Positions 11,675 through 22,032 of a stretch of 64,000 bases of DNA are shown here, piece by piece (the first letter of the stretch is position 1; each line of letters opens with the position of its first letter). The notes under the pieces were generated by a model. That model searched no databases. It was given only the letters and a program-made list of their open reading frames with translations, and was not told the origin of the DNA. Source of the stretch: a phage. The stretch lies in the sequence record PV467748.1. One strand, given 5' to 3'. Made by a program: the position numbers and the translations under genes.

Positions 11675-12954
11675 TGTCTAAGATTGTAGACCTAATTAAA
11701 GAATCCACATTGACGGCTGCCAACTCGGTTGGCCGTCCTGCTCTTCTTTCATACACCCAAGCAACTAATAAACGAATCTTTAAAGCCTTAGTTGCTGAAC
11801 AAAAAACAAGTCAACCTGTTGCCGCTCTGTACGGGGTTCGTGTACTTAATCCTGATGACAAAATGACTTATCTTGGTGGCGCTACATTTGCAGGCCAGAT
11901 TGGTATGTCGGAACGTGAAAATATTCCTGAATTTACCGATTCGTCTACAGCTTATGCAGCCGGCGATATGTTCCAGTTTGAAAGTGTAGTGTTTAAAGTT
12001 CTGGAAGCATCTCCTTTCGCCGGAACCACAGAAACTGACCTCGGTGAAGTTATTTCTGAAGCAGTGGCTGCTGGGCATATTCGTATGGTATCAGATGCGG
12101 CTATTACTTCTAAATTCGAACAGGGCCATCCTGAAATTGCTGAAGCAGGCTTCCGTATTGATAAGTGGCAGACTGAAGTTAAATCACGTAAACTGAAAAC
12201 TTCATTGACCGTCGAATTAGCCCAAGATCTAGAATCAAACGGGTTTAATGCTCCTAATTTCGTTGAAAACCTGCTAGGCATTCAAATGGCAGAAGAAATT
12301 AATAAGGACGTATTACAGTCATTAATTACGGTGAGTTCTCGTTTTAAAGTCCAGGGTGTTTCCGAAAAGGGTGTATTGGACCTTACCAACCCACGTTACG
12401 ATAATGCTCAGGACCGTGCTCGTACATTGTATTATTACATGTGTGAGATGAACTCTGCCGTACAACGCCAGACTTCTTTCGCTGGGACTTATGCAGTAGC
12501 TAGTTCTCGTTGTGCCGCTATTCTTGCCGCATCTGGTTGGGTTGAGAAAAAGGAAGACCAAGACGAACTGGCTTACGGTATATTAAAAAATGGCCTGCCT
12601 CTTTATGCCGATATGAATAGTCCGTGTGATTATGTTATTGTTGGTGTAAATGCTCAGATGGGTGAAGGACAGACGGTCGCATCTTTATATTATGCGCCTT
12701 ATACGGAAGGTTTGAATGAGGTTGATGAGGAAGGGGATACTTCAGTAGGTGAATTTAAGGTTATTGTTGACCCGGAAAGCTTACAACCTACAGTAGCATT
12801 GCTTGCTCGTTATGCATTGACTGCAAACCCTTATACCGTCGCTAAGGACGATAAAGAAGCCCGCATTATTGATGGTTCTGATATGGACAAAATGGCTAAT
12901 CAAAGTCAATTGAGTTCTTATCTCGGTGTAAAATTACCACCTTTAGAAAAATAA
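11674..12954 (+). CDS. capsid vertex protein paralog (second, divergent gp24-like copy)
   Basis: 426 aa; alignable over full length with the upstream gp24 (shared LQSLITVS, YAPYTEGL, KVIVDPxSLQP, ANPYTVAKDDKEAR blocks) at roughly half identity. Confidence 0.85.
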   Translation: MSKIVDLIKESTLTAANSVGRPALLSYTQATNKRIFKALVAEQKTSQPVAALYGVRVLNPDDKMTYLGGATFAGQIGMSERENIPEFTDSSTAYAAGDMFQFESVVFKVLEASPFAGTTETDLGEVISEAVAAGHIRMVSDAAITSKFEQGHPEIAEAGFRIDKWQTEVKSRKLKTSLTVELAQDLESNGFNAPNFVENLLGIQMAEEINKDVLQSLITVSSRFKVQGVSEKGVLDLTNPRYDNAQDRARTLYYYMCEMNSAVQRQTSFAGTYAVASSRCAAILAASGWVEKKEDQDELAYGILKNGLPLYADMNSPCDYVIVGVNAQMGEGQTVASLYYAPYTEGLNEVDEEGDTSVGEFKVIVDPESLQPTVALLARYALTANPYTVAKDDKEARIIDGSDMDKMANQSQLSSYLGVKLPPLEK

Positions 12955-12977
12955 AAGGGACCGTGAGGTCCCTTTTT
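12954..12977. terminator. bidirectional intrinsic terminator between the gp24 paralog and rnlB
   Basis: AAAAGGGACC-GTGA-GGTCCCTTTTT. Confidence 0.7.
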
Positions 12978-12980
12978 CAT

Positions 12981-13988
12981 TTATTTGGATACTAGGTCAA
13001 TCCATACTGCTCGTAGGGTATCTTTTACACACTCAACGAGCTGCTTTTTAACTTCAACAGGATTTTCAGCATCAGTTAATTCTAATTCTTCACGGGCAGC
13101 TTCTTCTAAGATATCTTGGACTGTCAAGCCCATTACCTTTCCAAAATCCTTCGGCGATACTTCACCAATCTTACTGATGACGTTGTTAATGCGGTTAACA
13201 GTCACATAATCAGTGAATTGCCACATCAAGTCCATATCGTCTTGGGATAAAACCACTGCAACTTTAATAGGCTTATCAGACTTTTTCTTCTCGCTGAATT
13301 TAGAGTTCTTACATTTAATCGCTACACGATTTCCGTTTGGAAGCCAGATAGGAACATCAGGTTTCAGTACAAAGCCTTCGGCGGTGAATACTTTACCTTC
13401 TACCTTAGGAATAAAATCTGTTGAGTTCGCAATAGTTAGGCCAGCATTATCCACTGCAAAATTATAATCAGGAACAACAGAATCAAAATCATTAGGAAGT
13501 TTAATAAGGTCTTCAAAGCTACCAGTGGCCAGACATGGCGCAACCTTAAACTTATGGATAATACAGAAGGCTTCCATCAATGTATCGGATAGAACAGATT
13601 CTGAGCCATCTTCCTTAGTAACTCGGATATCGAACACATAAAAGTCTTTATCACCGTAATCCACATTCTTCTGGATACCCGGCCCAGCGAATTCGCCGTA
13701 AATTTGATATGACTGATAATTAATCGATTCAATTAGATGTTGAACGGATTTAATAGAATCAGCATAATTCTTTAAAACAATTTCATAACCAAAGAAATCT
13801 TCAGCAGGGAGGATAGGGCCAGTGCGCTTGGCGCATGTGACTGCGTCACGTTCTATGATTAAACTAAAGTTGGTCCCATGAATCTTCTCACGTGCCACCC
13901 ATTCACCACCAGTCAAACCGTTAGTACGGAGTTTTTCGATAAACTTACTGTTGTAGTGGTTTTCGAGACTGCTATATTTCTTGAACAT
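12981..13988 (-). CDS. rnlB: RNA ligase 2
   Basis: 335 aa; near-identical N-terminus to T4 Rnl2, including the KIHG nucleotidyltransferase lysine motif. Confidence 0.95.
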   Translation of the reverse strand: MFKKYSSLENHYNSKFIEKLRTNGLTGGEWVAREKIHGTNFSLIIERDAVTCAKRTGPILPAEDFFGYEIVLKNYADSIKSVQHLIESINYQSYQIYGEFAGPGIQKNVDYGDKDFYVFDIRVTKEDGSESVLSDTLMEAFCIIHKFKVAPCLATGSFEDLIKLPNDFDSVVPDYNFAVDNAGLTIANSTDFIPKVEGKVFTAEGFVLKPDVPIWLPNGNRVAIKCKNSKFSEKKKSDKPIKVAVVLSQDDMDLMWQFTDYVTVNRINNVISKIGEVSPKDFGKVMGLTVQDILEEAAREELELTDAENPVEVKKQLVECVKDTLRAVWIDLVSK

Positions 13989-14102
13989 AAATCACCATAA
14001 TAAATATAATTAAATAGAAGAGCTAGTAGTCTTCTGTCACCAAGCCAAATGGTTTAACGGAAGGACCTAGACCCATTATATCACACCTAAATTTAAAGCA
14101 TA

Positions 14103-14312
14103 TTACTTTGAACCAGAACGCGCTTTGCGCCGAACCTTGTTGTTCAATCTTTTACGATAAACAACCTTTTCTTTCGCTTTAAATTTGGCCTTGGCTTGTT
14201 CTACATCAACCCATGCTTTGGCCATGTCCTTAGCGGTCCCGCCCATTTTTTTAGCAATTTCTATAAAATTCAACCCAGATTCGTGTAAAAAATGTACTTT
14301 AACCTTGTCCAT
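14103..14312 (-). CDS. small basic protein with a predicted helix-turn-helix
   Basis: 69 aa; HTH-like segment LNFIEIAKKMGGTAKDMAKAW and a lysine/arginine-rich tail; sits in the T4 24.2/24.3 position. Confidence 0.45.
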   Translation of the reverse strand: MDKVKVHFLHESGLNFIEIAKKMGGTAKDMAKAWVDVEQAKAKFKAKEKVVYRKRLNNKVRRKARSGSK

Positions 14313-14397
14313 AACAATTCTCTCGTTGAGCCGGTAAAACTCATCTTAACATAGAATTTTTAACTTGTAAACAGGAATTTTGTACTTTAATGCAAAA

Positions 14398-14413
14398 TGG
14401 GCCTTGCGGCCCA
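14398..14413 (-). terminator. intrinsic terminator downstream of hoc
   Basis: TGGGCC-TTGC-GGCCCA hairpin with a T-tract on the - strand. Confidence 0.55.
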
Positions 14414-14416
14414 TAA

Positions 14417-15265
14417 TTAATAAACGTAATCGTATATAATACCAGCTTCTAAAGTGGTGCGATGAATAATTCGACCATTACGAGATTCTTGTACATCAAC
14501 CTCTGGATAGTCGGTAATCATTTTTTGAAGTGTATACCGGTGCAAATAATACGGGCTATCCGGGTCATCTGTTTTCCAGTCTTTGCCTTCAAGAGTCATT
14601 TTCTGGATTTCATCCATAACCCACCAACCGCACCAAATATAAGCTGAATTACGTACTGGCAATGGATGAACGTAAGGTAATTCGCCATCCGGAACCGGTG
14701 CGACTTTAGCCGTGACCGTTACATTACCGGTTTTTGTGACAGTCGCCTGGTTATAATCAGCCGCCGAAACCACAACAGAAACTTCAATAACCTGTGAACC
14801 TTCGGTGCTTGTGTCGATTGTTAGAGTATCCGTGGTGCCAACTACAGGAGAACCGTCTTTCTTCCAAGAATAGGCAAAAGTAGCGCCAGCAGGCGCGCCG
14901 ACTACATCCGCTTTAAAAGAAGCTGGAGTGCCTTCCGGAACATTAATTGATTCTGGGGTTAATGTCACAGAAACACCAGACATAGTTTTATTCTGGATAG
15001 TTAAAGTCGTCTCAGCTTCAGCAGTTTCCGGTTCGCCGTCCGCTGGTGTAGTTGTTGCAACAACTTTAATAGTCTTGCTGCCTGCTGGACCAACAGCAAC
15101 ATAATCCATTGCAGCAGTCACAGAAGATTGAGGAACGCCATCAACGGTCCAGACAAATGATTCAGTACCTTCAGCTGCAGCACCGGAACCGGTCGCAGTG
15201 AAATTGGTTGTTGCTCCAATAACGGCCGTAGCCGCCAAAGGAGAAATATCTACGGTATAAGCCAT
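14417..15265 (-). CDS. hoc: highly immunogenic outer capsid protein Hoc (short form)
   Basis: 282 aa; Ig-like repeats plus the conserved C-terminal capsid-binding segment (YIWCGWWVMDEIQKM...); about one Ig domain shorter than T4 Hoc. Confidence 0.9.
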   Translation of the reverse strand: MAYTVDISPLAATAVIGATTNFTATGSGAAAEGTESFVWTVDGVPQSSVTAAMDYVAVGPAGSKTIKVVATTTPADGEPETAEAETTLTIQNKTMSGVSVTLTPESINVPEGTPASFKADVVGAPAGATFAYSWKKDGSPVVGTTDTLTIDTSTEGSQVIEVSVVVSAADYNQATVTKTGNVTVTAKVAPVPDGELPYVHPLPVRNSAYIWCGWWVMDEIQKMTLEGKDWKTDDPDSPYYLHRYTLQKMITDYPEVDVQESRNGRIIHRTTLEAGIIYDYVY

Positions 15266-15274
15266 AATAAACCC

Positions 15275-15946
15275 TTATTTTAAAGTGACAAAAGATGAGT
15301 TACGAGTTTCTCGTACTAGAACAGACCCATTACGATTGATGTAATAAATCAAGCTGAATAGTGTTTGGTGTGCGGTAGGATGTTGGAAAGCAGTTGGACG
15401 TTCTTTCCAATCCGGAGTCTCAGAAATCCATTGGTAAATCCACCAAGGAACAGTGCAATAACCTGGGTTCTTACCGATAAGCAAAAGATTAGGACTGAAG
15501 TTTTCAGGTAAAGAGAATACAGGTTTTTCAGATTCAACAACCTTGGCTACAGCCTTTTTGAATTTCTCTTCGTCAAATGGAACATCCTCTTCGATAATCT
15601 CTACCTTAGGAAGTTCGGCTACCTCTATTACTTCAACAACTGCCTCAGGAGCATCGAACAACAGGGTTGCTTCTTCTTTAGCTGGTTCTACACCTTCGAT
15701 AAAATCATTATCACCAGTGAGTTCGTCAGCAGCATCAATCAAATCAGAAATAGACAACCCGTCTGTTTCCGGAAGTGGTTCGTCAGCCAAGGCTTTAAGG
15801 CCTTCAGAGATATCGATAATCAAATTATCAAACGAACGGGTTTTCTTAAGTTTTAAACCGAACTGTTCGCCGTATTCGATTAACTTAGCTTTAGCTTCTT
15901 TTTTGTCTTTGAGTGCACGAAGCTCTTCAATATATTGAGTATCCAT
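15275..15946 (-). CDS. inh: inhibitor of prohead protease
   Basis: 223 aa; N-terminus resembles T4 Inh; synteny hoc-inh. Confidence 0.8.
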   Translation of the reverse strand: MDTQYIEELRALKDKKEAKAKLIEYGEQFGLKLKKTRSFDNLIIDISEGLKALADEPLPETDGLSISDLIDAADELTGDNDFIEGVEPAKEEATLLFDAPEAVVEVIEVAELPKVEIIEEDVPFDEEKFKKAVAKVVESEKPVFSLPENFSPNLLLIGKNPGYCTVPWWIYQWISETPDWKERPTAFQHPTAHQTLFSLIYYINRNGSVLVRETRNSSFVTLK

Positions 15947-15965
15947 AATTAGTCTCTTGTTGGTG

Positions 15966-15973
15966 TATAAATA
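15966..15973 (+). promoter_or_regulatory. late promoter TATAAATA upstream of uvsW
   Basis: Exact TATAAATA. Confidence 0.5.
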
Positions 15974-15979
15974 TAACTA

Positions 15980-15987
15980 TATTTATA
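15980..15987 (-). promoter_or_regulatory. late promoter (TATAAATA on the - strand) upstream of inh
   Basis: Reverse complement is TATAAATA; divergent from the uvsW late promoter. Confidence 0.45.
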
Positions 15988-16001
15988 ACTGAGAATTACT
16001 T

Positions 16002-17498
16002 ATGCAAATTCAAGTACATTTTGATAATTTTAGTCATGTCCGTATCGAGTGTGATGAATCCACATTCTACGAACTCAGAGACTATTTTAGCTTTGAAGCT
16101 GATGGGTATAAATTCAACCCTAAATTTCGTTATGGGCAATGGGATGGACGTATTCGTCTTCTGGATTATAACCGTAAACTTCCTTATGGATTGGTTCCGC
16201 AAATTAAAAAGTTCGCCGAACAATTTGAATATTCTCTGTGGATTGACCCACGTATTCTTGAACAGGAAGATATTTCTCGTGAAGATTTTGACTCATGGGT
16301 AGCTTCTCAAGAAATTTATTCAGGGTCTACCAAGATTGAGCCTCATTGGTATCAGAATGAAGCTGTATACAACGGCCTGACAAAACGTCGCGCAATTCTG
16401 AATTTACCTACATCCGCAGGTAAATCATTGATTCAGGCGCTCCTGAGTCGATATTACGTTGAGAACTATGAAGGTAAAATTCTTATATTAGTTCCTACTA
16501 CTGCACTTGTCGACCAGATGATTAATGACTTCATCGATTATAGATTGTTCCCTAAAGCAGAAATGCTTGGTATTCGTTCAGGTACTGCTCGTGATTCTGA
16601 TGCAATGATTTACGTTTCAACTTATCAAACTGCTATCAAGCAACCTAAAGAATGGTTTGCTCAGTTTGGTATGTTTATGAACGATGAATGCCACTTGGCT
16701 ACAGGTAAATCTATTTCTACTATCATCGAAGGCCTAACCAACTGTATGTTTAAATTCGGTTTGTCTGGTTCTTTAAAAGATGGTAAAGCTAATTTAATGC
16801 AATATATGGGTTTGTTTGGTGATGTGTTTAAGCCAGTATCCACCTCCCAGTTAATGGAAGAAGGACAGGTTACCGACCTTAAAATCAACAGTATTTTCCT
16901 TCGATACCCAGACGAATTCACTGTTAAGATGAAAGGTAAAGATTACCAATCAGAAATCAAGGTCATTACTAAGGCTACTCGTCGTAATAAATGGGTTGCT
17001 AATTTAGCTGTTAAACTCGCTAAGAAAGAAGAGAACGTATTCCTGATGTTTAAAAACATCGAACACGGTAAAACTCTTTTTGAAATGGTTAAAGAGCAAC
17101 ATAAAGAAGTTTATTACGTATCAGGTGAAGTTAATACCGAAACGCGTAATGCTCTGAAAGTAATGGCGGAAAATGGTAAGGGTATTATTGTTGTTGCAAG
17201 TTATGGTGTGTTCTCTACTGGTATTTCCGTTAAGAACCTTCATCACGTTGTATTTGCCCACCCAGTAAAATCCAAAATCATTGTACTCCAGACAATTGGT
17301 CGTGTACTCCGTAAACATGCCTCTAAATCAACAGCACAGGTATGGGATATCATCGACGACATGGGTGTTAAGCCTAAATCAGCTACGGCTAAAAAGAAAT
17401 ATGTTCATTTGAACTACGCCCTCAAACACGCTTTAGAACGTATTCAACGTTATGCTGATGAGAAATTTAATTACGTAATGAAACAGGTGGATTTATGA
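16002..17498 (+). CDS. uvsW: UvsW DNA/RNA helicase (SF2)
   Basis: 498 aa; helicase motifs (LNLPTSAGKS, DECH); high similarity to T4 UvsW. Confidence 0.95.
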   Translation: MQIQVHFDNFSHVRIECDESTFYELRDYFSFEADGYKFNPKFRYGQWDGRIRLLDYNRKLPYGLVPQIKKFAEQFEYSLWIDPRILEQEDISREDFDSWVASQEIYSGSTKIEPHWYQNEAVYNGLTKRRAILNLPTSAGKSLIQALLSRYYVENYEGKILILVPTTALVDQMINDFIDYRLFPKAEMLGIRSGTARDSDAMIYVSTYQTAIKQPKEWFAQFGMFMNDECHLATGKSISTIIEGLTNCMFKFGLSGSLKDGKANLMQYMGLFGDVFKPVSTSQLMEEGQVTDLKINSIFLRYPDEFTVKMKGKDYQSEIKVITKATRRNKWVANLAVKLAKKEENVFLMFKNIEHGKTLFEMVKEQHKEVYYVSGEVNTETRNALKVMAENGKGIIVVASYGVFSTGISVKNLHHVVFAHPVKSKIIVLQTIGRVLRKHASKSTAQVWDIIDDMGVKPKSATAKKKYVHLNYALKHALERIQRYADEKFNYVMKQVDL

Positions 17499-17722
17499 AA
17501 ACCTTTAAAGAAGTTATTCAAGAAGCATCTATTGAAAGCTTCATGGCTAAAATTGGTTCTTGTCAGACTATGGATGGTCTGAAGGAATTAGAAAAGTATT
17601 ACAAAACTCGTAGTAAGGAAGCTGAACTTCGTGATTCGGACGATATTAGCGTGCGTGATGCATTGGCTGGTAAGAGAGCTGAATTGGAGTCGATGGACGA
17701 CGAGGAAGAGGAAGATTTCTAA
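17495..17722 (+). CDS. uvsW.1: UvsW.1 small acidic protein
   Basis: 75 aa; ATGA overlap with the uvsW stop; same position as in T4. Confidence 0.8.
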   Translation: MKTFKEVIQEASIESFMAKIGSCQTMDGLKELEKYYKTRSKEAELRDSDDISVRDALAGKRAELESMDDEEEEDF

Positions 17723-17730
17723 ACAAAAAA

Positions 17731-17752
17731 GGCCCAACCTTTCGGAAGGGCC
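17731..17752. terminator. stem-loop/terminator between uvsW.1 and uvsY.-2
   Basis: GGCCCAACCTT-TCGG-AAGGGCC imperfect hairpin with flanking A/T runs. Confidence 0.5.
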
Positions 17753-17781
17753 AATAACCATAAATGGCTATACACACTAGA

Positions 17782-17949
17782 CTAAAGTAGTAATTGGGTT
17801 TCGTTCAGCTGTTCTTCAGTGTTTTCCGTAACAGGCATGCTTTGAACGTAATTATAACATGAGCCCGGATGAACCGGACCTTTTTCTGTTTCAACAACCA
17901 ATGCAGCATCGATTGGAGTTTTACAGACAACGCAAATCTTATCTGACAT
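17782..17949 (-). CDS. uvsY.-2: UvsY.-2-like small cysteine-rich protein (below the ORF-track length cutoff)
   Basis: Hand translation: MSDKICVVCKTPIDAALVVETEKGPVHPGSCYNYVQSMPVTENTEEQLNETQLLL (55 aa), which I recall as close to T4 uvsY.-2. Confidence 0.7.
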   Translation of the reverse strand: MSDKICVVCKTPIDAALVVETEKGPVHPGSCYNYVQSMPVTENTEEQLNETQLLL

Positions 17950-17977
17950 GATTGTCTCCTTAGTTTAACTTACATAT

Positions 17978-18076
17978 CTATTTATTACTTGATAAAGCAG
18001 TATTAATGAATTCTTGAAGAAGTTTCATTTTATCGGCATCTACTTTAATGGGTTTGGTATTTTTAGTACGTCTCAT
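17978..18076 (-). CDS. possible small ORF (uvsY.-1 position)
   Basis: 32-codon ORF MRRTKNTKPIKVDADKMKLLQEFINTALSSNK; position only. Confidence 0.3.
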   Translation of the reverse strand: MRRTKNTKPIKVDADKMKLLQEFINTALSSNK

Positions 18077-18511
18077 TTATTTACCTGCCTCAAATTGTCT
18101 CATCTCATGCATGGTCTTAAGGTTAAAACCACGCGCCTTAATAGCATCAAGTGCTGAACTACAAAAGTCCTGTAATAAAGCCCAATACTGAATTGATGTG
18201 TCGATTTTAATTACACTAGAATCCGCAGCCATAACGGTCTTTAATTCAGACTTCTCATACTGGTCCATACAAACCTCATCACCAGGCTCTCCACGTCCCG
18301 TGTAGAAATCTAATCGCTTCTTAAGTGAGGTCTTTTTCTGGATTTCTAATCTCATTATTTCTTTCTTACAATTCGTATACAGCCTTAGCCATTTGCTGTG
18401 CAGCAAAACGTTGTTCTGTACTTCATATTGTAAACGAGTTCCATCAATCTTTAAATCCTCGTCTAATGCGTCCTGAAATGATTCTAATTTATATTCAATC
18501 TCTTTACTCAT
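18077..18511 (-). CDS. uvsY: recombination mediator UvsY
   Basis: Similarity to T4 UvsY across its length; start set to the internal Met (MSKEIEYKLE...). Confidence 0.9.
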   Translation of the reverse strand: MSKEIEYKLESFQDALDEDLKIDGTRLQYEVQNNVLLHSKWLRLYTNCKKEIMRLEIQKKTSLKKRLDFYTGRGEPGDEVCMDQYEKSELKTVMAADSSVIKIDTSIQYWALLQDFCSSALDAIKARGFNLKTMHEMRQFEAGK

Positions 18512-18569
18512 CGCATGTTTCCTGTGTAATAACCATAGGACCATTATACACTATTCATTTGAACAGCAA

Positions 18570-18959
18570 TTAACCACTCTGTGAGAGCTGGATTCTAATT
18601 TGCTCTAATGTATCCGGGTCATCAACTATACTAAACTGAACCGTCACTATAATCGAGTTATCATCATACACAGGTGTCACACCTACAGCCAGGGTAGAAA
18701 TTCTGGGTTCGAAGTTCCGCACAGCGGAAACTATATTACGCTTAATGGTATCCGTGATTAGTGGAGTAATATTCTCAAACAATTGGTTACTGATGTCACA
18801 ACCAAATTCAGGCATAAAAGGGCGTGAACCTTTGCGAGTAGTAATAATGCCTAACAAACTATTTTTTACTGCACGAGCGCCTGTGGCTTTAGCGACGTCT
18901 CTATTCCAAGACGTCCTCATTTCAGGGTCTAAATCTGAATACATTTTATTGATATTCAT
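18570..18959 (-). CDS. 25: baseplate wedge protein
   Basis: 129 aa; strong similarity to T4 gp25. Confidence 0.9.
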   Translation of the reverse strand: MNINKMYSDLDPEMRTSWNRDVAKATGARAVKNSLLGIITTRKGSRPFMPEFGCDISNQLFENITPLITDTIKRNIVSAVRNFEPRISTLAVGVTPVYDDNSIIVTVQFSIVDDPDTLEQIRIQLSQSG

Positions 18960-19582
18960 TACATCACCTTAAAGAACTCTTTAAGTCCCTCAATAACGTG
19001 GACGGTATGTTCACCACATTCACAAGAAATAGGTATAGCCAAAATAGGCTTAGGGGCGACTAGTGCATCATAAACTTCTTTTATGTCTTTTTCTGTTATC
19101 GCAGAATAAAGGTCATCAAGTTCCGCATCACTTAAATCGGAAAGAAAAAGCTTTTCGCCTGCAGAAGTTAAAATATAATCGATACACCCTGCGACCATCA
19201 TAGCCCTATTTTTATCTTCAAAGAGTTTAGGATATCTGAAAACAATTTTAAAGTTGCCAAAGTCTTTAATAACATCCGGCTCTTTACCTAATGTTGCGCG
19301 AGTTAGTGTCATAGGGACAACCTGTGAGCGACCGCAACTACAAACCCACTCACGTTCTATATTCACTTCAGCTAATGAATGGGCCCACAGGTTTATCACC
19401 AGGAGCTCAGATTCTTGCTTGTTTAAATCACGAGCATCTGTGCAATTCGAAATGAGTTCATTGATAAAGGACTCTATTCTGCCTTCTAATTTAGCTTGGA
19501 GCAAGTCCTTATACTCTCTGAGGGTAAATGCTCTGCATTTTATGGTTTTGTTTTTAATTTTTACGTCAAAAGTATAATTCAT
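18959..19582 (-). CDS. 26: baseplate hub subunit
   Basis: 207 aa; synteny 25-26. Confidence 0.85.
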   Translation of the reverse strand: MNYTFDVKIKNKTIKCRAFTLREYKDLLQAKLEGRIESFINELISNCTDARDLNKQESELLVINLWAHSLAEVNIEREWVCSCGRSQVVPMTLTRATLGKEPDVIKDFGNFKIVFRYPKLFEDKNRAMMVAGCIDYILTSAGEKLFLSDLSDAELDDLYSAITEKDIKEVYDALVAPKPILAIPISCECGEHTVHVIEGLKEFFKVM

Positions 19583-19604
19583 TGTCTTCTCCTTTAAGCT
19601 TATT

Positions 19605-19612
19605 TATAAATA
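19605..19612. promoter_or_regulatory. palindromic late promoter shared by divergent genes 26 and 51
   Basis: TATTTATAAATA reads TATAAATA on both strands. Confidence 0.5.
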
Positions 19613-19632
19613 CATCAATAAGAGGACACCCT

Positions 19633-20385
19633 ATGGCTAATATAGTACGTTGTGAAATGCCTGATGGAGTCCACCGATTTAAACCTTTTACAGTAGCTGA
19701 TTATCGTGATTTTATTTTGATTCGAAATGACATGAATAATAAATCACCTGAAGAGCAAAAACAAATTTTAGATGAGTTACTGGAAGAATACTTCGGTGAA
19801 TATCCTATGTCATGGCGCCCGTATATGTTCATTGAACTTTACACATCATCACTCGGCAAGACCAAAATTCCTATCCGATACACTTGTAGTAAGTGTGAAA
19901 AGGATAGACAAGTTTTATTCAATTTGAAACAGACCAAGTTAGATAATCCCACAATTGAAGTGGCCGGCTTGAAGCTAGCATTCAAATTTCCGGAAATAGA
20001 ATATCAAGACAAATCCGAATTGATTCTGAACACCCTCCAAACCGTGGAAGATGAAAACGGGAAATATAATTGGACTGACCTTTCTGAAGAAGACCAATTA
20101 GCCGTAATAGATGCTATAGACTTATCCACTTTAGAGGATATAGTCAAACAAACTAGCCCTATTAATTTTGAACTAAAATATGGATGCTGTAATCGTAGAA
20201 CAATTACGTATACCGATATTTTAGAGGTGTTTAAGCTTATAGTCAATCCGGATGAGATATTTTTATTTTACCAAATAAACCATTTATTGGTAAAGAACAA
20301 TTATTCATTAGAAAGCATTATGCAGATGATTCCAATCGAACGCGGTATTGCTTTGTCTTTGGTTGAAAAGGACCTTAAGAAATGA
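19633..20385 (+). CDS. 51: baseplate hub assembly catalyst
   Basis: Start at internal Met after AAGAGGA SD ([12 protein letters not shown]...); 250 aa vs 249 in T4. Confidence 0.85.
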   Translation: MANIVRCEMPDGVHRFKPFTVADYRDFILIRNDMNNKSPEEQKQILDELLEEYFGEYPMSWRPYMFIELYTSSLGKTKIPIRYTCSKCEKDRQVLFNLKQTKLDNPTIEVAGLKLAFKFPEIEYQDKSELILNTLQTVEDENGKYNWTDLSEEDQLAVIDAIDLSTLEDIVKQTSPINFELKYGCCNRRTITYTDILEVFKLIVNPDEIFLFYQINHLLVKNNYSLESIMQMIPIERGIALSLVEKDLKK

Positions 20386-21551
20386 GTTCAAAAACTATGC
20401 AACGTGAAGGCTTTCCTAATATTAGTATACGCCTTTACGAAGATTATGACGCCTGGTTAGAGCATCGTTTTGTTGAACTAGGCGCGACATTTACTACTCT
20501 AACAATGCGAGATGGACTTTACGGTAGTAATGAAGGATTGCTCCAGTTTTATGATGCAAAGAACCTTCATACTAAAATGGACGGTGAGCAGATTATTCAA
20601 ATTTCTGTTAAGAATGCTAACTCTGAGCGTACCCAATCAAGAATTTATGGAAGTAAGCACTTTGCTGTAGGAGTGGATTCTAAGGGCGACAATATCATAA
20701 CAATACAACTCGCCCCAATCCACTTTTTAGAAAATCTTAAATTCGGACGTATGTTCTTCCCTAGTGTTCAAGAAACATTAACTGAAATGATTGGTGTTAT
20801 TTATCAAGACCGTCCACTTCTTGCACCTCCATTGAACGGGATAAACGTTTACGTTCCTAATGTTCCTTGGTGCGATTCAATGGACCGTTATATGGAATTT
20901 GTACGAGAAGTAGGTATGGCTGTTGAATCTGATAAATTTGTATTTGTCTGGGAAGATATAGATGGTATTTCTATTATGGACTACGAATTTATGGTTAATC
21001 AAGAGCCAATTAATTTTGTGGTAGGTGAGCCGCGTTTAATAGGCCAATACGTTCAAGATATGGATACTCCTATCGCATTTGATTTTGAATGGTTAACTAA
21101 AGCCAACCAGCATTCCAGAAAGCCATATGAAAACGCTACTATATACGCCCACTCTTTCTTAGACAAAAACGCCACACGAATTACTTTTGGCGATGGGCAA
21201 AACAGTATATTGGTTTCTCGCTCTGGCGGATATTCCGATTATACCTATCGAAATGGATATGAAGAAGCTGATAGATTAGTTACAATGGCCCAATACGACG
21301 GCTACGCGCATTGTAAGGTATACGGTAACTTTGAACTAACTCCAGGCGATAAGATTAATTTCTATGACCCTAAAAACCAATTCCAATACGATTTTTATGT
21401 AGACGAAGTTATTCATGAAGTGAGTAACAATACATCAATTACAAACCTTTATATGTTTACTAATGGTAAGCCTATTAAGATTGAAGAACCACCGAAGGTT
21501 AAAAATGAACTTAAAACTGATACTCCCTATCAAGAAAATAACGCTGGGTGA
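20382..21551 (+). CDS. 27: baseplate hub subunit
   Basis: 389 aa; synteny and similarity. Confidence 0.9.
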   Translation: MSSKTMQREGFPNISIRLYEDYDAWLEHRFVELGATFTTLTMRDGLYGSNEGLLQFYDAKNLHTKMDGEQIIQISVKNANSERTQSRIYGSKHFAVGVDSKGDNIITIQLAPIHFLENLKFGRMFFPSVQETLTEMIGVIYQDRPLLAPPLNGINVYVPNVPWCDSMDRYMEFVREVGMAVESDKFVFVWEDIDGISIMDYEFMVNQEPINFVVGEPRLIGQYVQDMDTPIAFDFEWLTKANQHSRKPYENATIYAHSFLDKNATRITFGDGQNSILVSRSGGYSDYTYRNGYEEADRLVTMAQYDGYAHCKVYGNFELTPGDKINFYDPKNQFQYDFYVDEVIHEVSNNTSITNLYMFTNGKPIKIEEPPKVKNELKTDTPYQENNAG

Positions 21552-22032
21552 TAAAGAGATTTCTATTCCTAAATTGGGTCTTAAACACCAGAAATTGGTT
21601 AAAGATGAAAAAGACCCTTACAAGGCTCTTCACATATTAATGAATTCCATTTATAAAGATTTATCCGCGGCAGAGACTGATTTTGCCGCTCTTCACCTTT
21701 TAGAATTCAATGGAAGATTAAAAAGTAAAGTAACCAAAGACGGGTTTACTTATAACTTAAATGACCTTTATATTTGCCAACGACTTGAATTCCAATTCCA
21801 AGGTAAAACATTTAAATTTAAATCACATGAACCATTTCAAACATTTGGGCCTGTTGATAGTGTATTACAGTCCCTTTACCTTGGTGATGATGTACCAGAT
21901 TTTCTGGATATGCCTGCCTTTGTTGCTACATGGGCCGACGATATAACTTCTACTATAGCTATCCCTGGTCCTAATGGTCCTATCAAAGGATTGCTTAAAA
22001 TCATGGATATCTTAAATGAAGAACGAATCTAA
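21505..22032 (+). CDS. 28: baseplate hub distal subunit (start uncertain)
   Basis: ORF overlapping the gene 27 end; about 175 aa from an internal Met vs 177 in T4. Confidence 0.75.
   Translation: MNLKLILPIKKITLGDKEISIPKLGLKHQKLVKDEKDPYKALHILMNSIYKDLSAAETDFAALHLLEFNGRLKSKVTKDGFTYNLNDLYICQRLEFQFQGKTFKFKSHEPFQTFGPVDSVLQSLYLGDDVPDFLDMPAFVATWADDITSTIAIPGPNGPIKGLLKIMDILNEERI

Noticed and set aside
14342-14372. Early promoter for the 69-aa HTH gene
   Set aside because: GTTTAC is present on the - strand, but no -10 hexamer at a 16-18 nt spacing could be identified, so it was not annotated
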